The translations under genes were made by a program, and so were the position numbers. Shown piece after piece: positions 27,192 through 32,000 of a stretch of 32,000 nucleotides of DNA (within the stretch, counting starts at the first letter, position 1; each line of letters opens with the position of its first letter). Source of the DNA: Gemmatimonadaceae bacterium (GTDB taxonomy: Bacteria; Gemmatimonadota; Gemmatimonadetes; Gemmatimonadales; Gemmatimonadaceae); assembly GCA_037720885.1 (NCBI GenBank), contig JBBJNN010000034.1, positions 11,378 to 43,377 of the forward strand, written 5' to 3'. Under the pieces are notes generated by a model. It ran no database searches, had not been told where the DNA came from, and saw only the letters and a list, made by a program, of their open reading frames with translations.

Positions 27192-28160
27192 GTGATCCCT
27201 CTGCTCTTCACCGGCGGCACCATCTCGATGCGCCACGACCGGACACTGGGCGGCGCGGTGCCCGCGCTCTCGGGCGCGGAGATTCTCGCCGCGACGCGCG
27301 GGATCGGCGAGGTCGCCGAGGTGGAGGTGGAGGAATGGGGCCGGCACCCCGGGCCGCACATGACGACGGAGCTCATCTGGTCGCTGCGCAACCGGATCGA
27401 GGAGCACCTGGCGCGCGCCGAGGTCGACGGCGTCGTCGTCACGCATGGAACCGATACGCTCGAAGAATCGGCGTACCTGACCGCACGCTCCGTCCAATCG
27501 GAGAAGCCCGTCATCTTCACTGGCGCGATGCGGACGGCGAGTGATCTTGGATGGGACGGTCCGGCGAACCTGCTCGACGCTGTCCGCGTCGCGGCGAGCG
27601 CGGAGTCGCGCGGTTACGGCGTGCTGGTCGTGATGTCGGGCCGTGTGTACGCGGGGATCGACGTGACGAAAGCGCACACTCACATGCTCGACGCGTTCGA
27701 GAGCCCGGGTCTCGGGCCGGTCGGAGTGATCGACGACGGCGCGGTGATCTTCCGCCGCGCGCTGCCCGACCAGCCGGCCGTGCTCTGTCCCGAGCGACTG
27801 GGCGCTCCCGTGGACATCGTGTTCGCGTGGGCCGGGGCGGACGAGCGACTCCTCGATGCATCGCGACTCGTGGCGCGCGGGCTCGTGCTCGCAGGCCTGG
27901 GTCGAGGCAACATCCCACCCGCGATGGTGCCTGGCGTGGGGCGGTGGGTGGCCGACGGGAAGCCGATCGTGATCACGTCCCGTGCGGGGCGGGGACGTGT
28001 GGGGCGCACGTATGGCTATCCCGGCGGGGCGCGCCGCCTGGGTGAGCTGGGCGCGCTACTGGGCGGCTCACGCCGGCCGCAGCAGGCGCGCATCGACCTC
28101 ATGCTCGCACTCGGCGCCGGCCTCGGCGCTGCCAAGCTACGTGAGCTGTTCGAGGGCTAG
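27192..28160 (+). CDS. ansA: L-asparaginase (type I-like)
   Basis: LLFTGGTISM (catalytic Thr motif), VVVTHGTDTLEESAY, and FTGAMR are present. GTG 27192 lies just after the SDR stop; the 27159 start in the track overlaps the SDR gene. Confidence 0.85.
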   Translation: MIPLLFTGGTISMRHDRTLGGAVPALSGAEILAATRGIGEVAEVEVEEWGRHPGPHMTTELIWSLRNRIEEHLARAEVDGVVVTHGTDTLEESAYLTARSVQSEKPVIFTGAMRTASDLGWDGPANLLDAVRVAASAESRGYGVLVVMSGRVYAGIDVTKAHTHMLDAFESPGLGPVGVIDDGAVIFRRALPDQPAVLCPERLGAPVDIVFAWAGADERLLDASRLVARGLVLAGLGRGNIPPAMVPGVGRWVADGKPIVITSRAGRGRVGRTYGYPGGARRLGELGALLGGSRRPQQARIDLMLALGAGLGAAKLRELFEG

Positions 28161-28594
28161 GTGGCGACCTCGAGCTGCGGTTGGGACGAGGCGGCGCGGG
28201 TGCTGGTGGCTTCCCAGCGCTCGAAGCACCGCCACCCGAACTCGTGCGCCGCGCGCATCTGATCGGGGAAACCGAAGTAGTCGCGCCAGCCCTGCTGTTC
28301 GGCACGCCACCGGCAATCCCAGATGAACTCGATGCGGCGAGACTGGTCGCCCGCTTCTACCTGGATGCTACCCGCGAAGTCCGAGCAGCCGGAGTATGCA
28401 TCGACCGTGATGTGTTCGACGGCGAGCGCCTGCTCCGCCGTCAGCAATTGCGAGAGCAATCGCAACACCTTGACGGGTGGCGCATAGCGGGTGAGTCGAA
28501 TGCGGGGCGCCGAGCCGCGCGCGGCATAGTGCCGGACGTCGGCCTTGAAGGCGTCCGATGCAGACGAGGCGGCGAGAAGGGCAGTCAATTCCAT
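28157..28594 (-). CDS. Hypothetical protein (orphan to my eye)
   Basis: 145-aa ORF and the only minus-strand gene between 8950 and the window end. Its codon position 3 is mostly G/C, clearly more so than in the mirror plus-strand ORF. The amino-acid composition is protein-like (IEFIWDCRWRAEQQGWRDYFGFPDQMRAAHEFGWRCFERWE). Confidence 0.6.
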   Translation of the reverse strand: MELTALLAASSASDAFKADVRHYAARGSAPRIRLTRYAPPVKVLRLLSQLLTAEQALAVEHITVDAYSGCSDFAGSIQVEAGDQSRRIEFIWDCRWRAEQQGWRDYFGFPDQMRAAHEFGWRCFERWEATSTRAASSQPQLEVAT

Positions 28595-28614
28595 AAGCGG
28601 CGGAATCTAAACAG

Positions 28615-29937
28615 GTGAGTATCGAAAGGCACCCCCTTCGGCCACCGCGCGCCATCCTGTCGATCGCGCGCCGGTTACGCGAAGCGGGCTTCGAGACCTG
28701 GTGCGTCGGCGGCGCCGTCCGCGACGCATTGCTCGGCCAGCCGCACCTGGACTGGGATCTCGCGACGCGGGCGACGCCCGCGGAAGTGCAGTCGCTGTTT
28801 CGCCGCACCGTGCCGGTTGGCGTGGAGTTCGGGACCGTCGGTGTACTGGACGACGAGGGCGTGATGCATGAGGTCACGACGTTCCGGCGCGACGTGCGCA
28901 CGGACGGCCGTCATGCCGAGGTCGAGTTCGGCGGATCGCTCGATGACGACCTCGCGCGACGCGACTTCACCGTCAACGCCATCGCGTACGAGCCGCACAC
29001 CGGCGAGCTCCGCGATCCATTCGAGGGACGCGCGGACCTGGAGCGCGGGGTGATCCGGGCGGTGGGCGATCCGGACCAGCGCATGCGCGAGGACCGGCTT
29101 CGGGCGCTCCGGGCGATTCGGTTCGCCGCTCGATTCGGCTTTCGCATCGAGGGCGCCACCTGGGATGCGATCGTTCGAAGCGCGCCGCATCTCGGGAGAC
29201 TCTCTCCCGAGCGCGTGCAGCAGGAGCTCGACAAGACGATGAGGCAAGCGAACAAGGCAGGCCGCGCGCTGCAACTCTGGCGGGAGAGTGGCGCGCTGGC
29301 GACCCTCATTCCACCTCTCGCCGCGGTGTCTGACGTGACGCTCCGGTCGCTCGACGTCCTTCCGCGCCCACTCCGGACGGTGCACGATCGCCGGCGAGTG
29401 CATCGTCTGACGGCGCTCTTCGCCGATGTCCCGGCGAAGGAGGCCGAGCGATCGCTGCGGGCGCTTCGATTCTCCAATGTGGAAGTCACCTGGATTGCAC
29501 AGACGCTCGCGAAGTGGCAGGGCGTGAGCGACGATCTCGCGCGGGCGATGGCCGGCGTGGAGGCCACGCCCGGACTGGTGCGACGGTGGGTCGCGAGCGT
29601 CGGGCGGCTTCGAGTCCCCGCCGTCTGGCGCCTCGCCGCGGCCCGACACGCGGCGTCGCTCGAGCGCGATGCGGGGGTCGCGCCAGGCGGGTGGGGCCCG
29701 GTACATTCGCTGTACCGGCGCGCCCTGCTCTCGGCGGCGCGCGATCCGGTGGAGCTTGCCGATCTAGCCGTGGATGGCGACGACCTCCGCGCGGCCGGCG
29801 TTCCCGCAGGCCGGCTACTCGGGCAGATTCTGGGACAGCTGCTCGACGAGGTAGTCGAGGAGCCGTCGCGGAACACGCGCGATTGGTTGCTCGCGCGCGC
29901 CGCCGCGCTCTATGAAGATCTGCGAGACTCGCGCTGA
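28615..29937 (+). CDS. cca: CCA-adding tRNA nucleotidyltransferase / poly(A) polymerase family protein
   Basis: The class II nucleotidyltransferase head is present: WCVGGAVRDALLG, DWDLAT, FGTVGV, TFRRD...Y, and RRDFTVNAIAY. A long helical body follows. Confidence 0.85.
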   Translation: MSIERHPLRPPRAILSIARRLREAGFETWCVGGAVRDALLGQPHLDWDLATRATPAEVQSLFRRTVPVGVEFGTVGVLDDEGVMHEVTTFRRDVRTDGRHAEVEFGGSLDDDLARRDFTVNAIAYEPHTGELRDPFEGRADLERGVIRAVGDPDQRMREDRLRALRAIRFAARFGFRIEGATWDAIVRSAPHLGRLSPERVQQELDKTMRQANKAGRALQLWRESGALATLIPPLAAVSDVTLRSLDVLPRPLRTVHDRRRVHRLTALFADVPAKEAERSLRALRFSNVEVTWIAQTLAKWQGVSDDLARAMAGVEATPGLVRRWVASVGRLRVPAVWRLAAARHAASLERDAGVAPGGWGPVHSLYRRALLSAARDPVELADLAVDGDDLRAAGVPAGRLLGQILGQLLDEVVEEPSRNTRDWLLARAAALYEDLRDSR

Positions 29938-29958
29938 GCGAGGGGGGCATAGGACGTC

Positions 29959-30486
29959 ATGTTCTTTCGCGGGCGGCAAACCGATGGCGCGGTCTGGCGT
30001 CGCTTCCGGACGTCGACCGATGGCTTCTCGTTCACGAAGGAGCCCGAGTTCTACGCCGCGCACGTCGTCGCGAACGCGGAGCGCGTGGTAGACCTCTTCC
30101 ACTTGCTGCTCCAGCACATGCCACCGGCGGTGGACGTCGCGATCGAGGACGCCCGGGGCAAGCGCGCGTGGAAAGGCGAGAGCCTGCCGCTGCCCGACGT
30201 GCGTGACGCGGTCGCCCGGCTCAAGACGCCGCTCGCCACGGTCGGCGGCGTGGAGATCTCGGTGTATACGAGCGAGGACCAGATCACGCTGAACCCGGTG
30301 CTCGAGCTGTTCATCTACGCGCGCACCGATCAGTGGCTGTACGTGCTCAAGGGGAAGGGCCTCGAGGAGCGCCGCGCGGTGCGCACCAAGAGCTGGAAGC
30401 TGCAACGACACGAGTATCCGCCTGCGCCGGAGCTTGGCGACGCTGTGGCGGCGACCGCCGCGACGTTGGGCCTCTCGCCCGCGTGA
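29959..30486 (+). CDS. Hypothetical protein
   Basis: 175-aa ORF with ATG 29959. Codon position 3 is very strongly G/C-biased in this frame, and the composition is balanced (K, W, Y, F present). Its TGA overlaps the GTG of the ZIP transporter (GTGA). I recognise no family. Confidence 0.65.
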   Translation: MFFRGRQTDGAVWRRFRTSTDGFSFTKEPEFYAAHVVANAERVVDLFHLLLQHMPPAVDVAIEDARGKRAWKGESLPLPDVRDAVARLKTPLATVGGVEISVYTSEDQITLNPVLELFIYARTDQWLYVLKGKGLEERRAVRTKSWKLQRHEYPPAPELGDAVAATAATLGLSPA

Positions 30487-31199
30487 CGCGGGCGGCGCTC
30501 CTCCTCGCGCTCATCGCCGCTCTCGCGAACGTAGTAGGGGCCGCCGCGATCACCTGGCGGGCCCGGTGGAGCGTCCGGGCGCTCGACGCGATGGTCGCGC
30601 TCGCCGCCGGATTCATGATCTCCGCGTCCATGCTCGACATCTTTCCCGAAGCGATCGCGCGTGGAGGGCCGCGAGCCGCGACCGCGGCGCTGCTGGGATA
30701 CTTGCTCGTGCACCTCACGCAGCACACGCTGGCGCCGCACTTTCACTTCGGTGAAGAGACGCACGAGGTATCGCGCGCGGTCAGCGTCTCCGCCCTCGCC
30801 GGCCTCATGCTGCACACGTTCGTGGACGGCGTCGCCATCGCGAGCAGCGCGAGCGTGAGCGCGGAGCTCGGCACTGTGGTGTTCCTCGCCATTCTCCTGC
30901 ACAAATTTCCGGAGGGGTTGGCGATCTCGAGCCTGTTTCTCGCGGCTGGAGCCGGCCGCGCGCGCGCATTGTACGCCGCGATGGCGCTCGGTGTCGCGAC
31001 GATCGCTGGTGCTACGCTCACCGGTGCGGTCGGGTTTCTGCACACCTATGGGCTCGCCGCTTCGGCTGGTGTCACGCTGTATGTCGGCGCGTCCAATCTC
31101 GTTCCAGAGTTCCAGGCGAAACACGATTGGAGATTGCCGATGGCGTTCTTCACAGGGTGCGGTGCGTACGTCGCCGCGCGCACCGCGGCCGGCCTGTGA
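30483..31199 (+). CDS. ZIP-family divalent metal transporter (ZupT-like)
   Basis: The protein has multiple hydrophobic helices, a His-rich loop (HFHFGEETHE), and the ZIP signature helices HTFVDGVAIAS and LAILLHKFPEGLAISS. GTG 30483; the 30333 start in the track lies inside the previous gene. Confidence 0.85.
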   Translation: MTRAALLLALIAALANVVGAAAITWRARWSVRALDAMVALAAGFMISASMLDIFPEAIARGGPRAATAALLGYLLVHLTQHTLAPHFHFGEETHEVSRAVSVSALAGLMLHTFVDGVAIASSASVSAELGTVVFLAILLHKFPEGLAISSLFLAAGAGRARALYAAMALGVATIAGATLTGAVGFLHTYGLAASAGVTLYVGASNLVPEFQAKHDWRLPMAFFTGCGAYVAARTAAGL

Positions 31200-31250
31200 T
31201 CGACGTGGACGCGGGTAATTCTTCGGCCGGCACTACCAGGCGCTCGCCAC

Positions 31251-32000
31251 GTGCCTAAGCGTCCGCCACGAGCGCCGAGCGCTGCGCGGGACCTGGCTCC
31301 GCCGCCGACTGTACCGCTCGCGGCACAGCCCCTTGCCGCGCGCATGCGGCCTGGCACGCTCGACCAGTTCGTGGGGCAGGAGCACCTGCTGGCCAAGGGG
31401 AAACCGCTGCGCGAGGCCATCGAGCGTGGCTCGATCGGGTCGCTCGTGCTCTGGGGACCGCCAGGCACGGGCAAGACGACGCTCGCACATCTCGTCGCGC
31501 AGTACACCGACCGCGCGTTCGTCCCATTCTCCGCCGTCACGGAGGGCGTTCCGCGCATCAGGGAAATCGTCGCGGGCGCCGAGGCGCGGCTGGCCGAGGA
31601 GAGCCGGGGGACGATTCTCTTTGCCGATGAGATCCATCGGTTGAACAAGGGGCAGCAGGACGCGTTCCTCCCACATGTCGAGCGGGGGACGATCACGTTG
31701 ATCGGTGCGACGACGGAGAATCCATCGTTCGAGATCATCGGCGCGCTGCTCTCGCGCGTTCGCGTGTTCGTCCTTCGGCCGCTGACCGCAGACAATCTCG
31801 CAGGCCTGATCGCGCGTGCGCTCGCGGACGAGGAGCGTGGGCTTGGCCGTCAAGCGCTCGCGATCGACGATGATGCCGTCGCGATCATTGCGACCGAGGC
31901 CGACGGTGATGCGCGCCGGGCACTCACCGTACTGGACGCAGCCGCGTCGCACGTCGGCACCGGTGGTCGCATCACGGCCGAGGTGGCGCGCGAGGCGATG
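31251..32000 (+). CDS. rarA: Replication-associated recombination protein A (AAA+ RarA/MgsA), N-terminal part; 3' end lies outside the window
   Basis: The frame is open to the window end. It carries PLAARMRPGTLDQFVGQEHL, Walker A WGPPGTGKTT, Walker B ILFADEIHRLNKGQQDAFLPHVERGTITLIGATTENPSFE, and ADGDARRALT. GTG 31251 is the first plausible start upstream of the conserved PLAxRMRP motif. This ORF is not in the track because it has no stop in the window. Confidence 0.85.
   Translation, partial: MPKRPPRAPSAARDLAPPPTVPLAAQPLAARMRPGTLDQFVGQEHLLAKGKPLREAIERGSIGSLVLWGPPGTGKTTLAHLVAQYTDRAFVPFSAVTEGVPRIREIVAGAEARLAEESRGTILFADEIHRLNKGQQDAFLPHVERGTITLIGATTENPSFEIIGALLSRVRVFVLRPLTADNLAGLIARALADEERGLGRQALAIDDDAVAIIATEADGDARRALTVLDAAASHVGTGGRITAEVAREAM

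Noticed and set aside
28181-28618. 145-aa plus-strand ORF that would be GTGA-coupled to cca, fitting the operon pattern
   Set aside because: It is in the same codon register as the minus-strand ORF, but its third positions are much less G/C-biased than in real genes here. It has a TTG start and Gly/Arg/Ala-rich composition. I therefore treat it as the mirror of the minus-strand gene, though this deserves an experimental check (see findings).
31333-31644. 103-aa plus-strand ORF listed in the track
   Set aside because: It is an alternative frame inside rarA. The true rarA frame is open to the window end and therefore missing from the track.
1-32000. Scan for CRISPR arrays, IS elements, integrases, long direct or inverted repeats, rRNA/tRNA genes, toxin-antitoxin pairs or known defence genes
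   Set aside because: None was found by eye. The window reads as conserved core chromosome. I could not run repeat-finding or covariance-model software, so short or degenerate elements could have been missed.

Overview
This is a GC-rich bacterial chromosomal segment. Third codon positions are overwhelmingly G/C, so every frame carries long shadow ORFs. Gene content and an FCB-type TPR protein hint at a Gemmatimonadota-like organism, but that is only a guess. The window is almost fully coding, with about 33 genes, nearly all recognisable housekeeping functions assigned here by motif reading only (no searches were run). Gene order on the + strand unless marked: hutU (partial), a radical-SAM protein and hutI; a TPR/acidic scaffold-like protein, a polyprenyl-PP synthase, a DUF4321-like protein and tatA; ppiD on the minus strand. 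From 8950 to 28160 every gene is on the + strand: a second TPR/acidic protein, aroQ, an M24 peptidase, accB, pilT, accC, a comB-like gene, ftsK, yraN, recA, recX, alaS, a short ORF, a GGGPS/PcrB-family synthase, a PHP phosphatase, gmhA, an SDR and an asparaginase. After that come one lone minus-strand orphan, cca, an orphan, a ZIP transporter and rarA (partial). Many junctions are 1-8 nt start/stop overlaps (GTGA, ATGA, TAGTG). I saw no rRNA, tRNA, CRISPR array, transposase, integrase or prophage signature, so this looks like core genome rather than an accessory island. The points most worth a second look are: (1) an archaeal-type prenylglyceryl-phosphate synthase coupled to a PHP phosphatase, with an unresolved frame problem at a (GC)6 run just upstream; (2) a radical-SAM gene wedged between hutU and hutI; (3) pilT embedded between accB and accC; (4) two large TPR plus acidic low-complexity proteins; (5) two orphan ORFs. 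I cannot show that any of these is a new system; they are leads.
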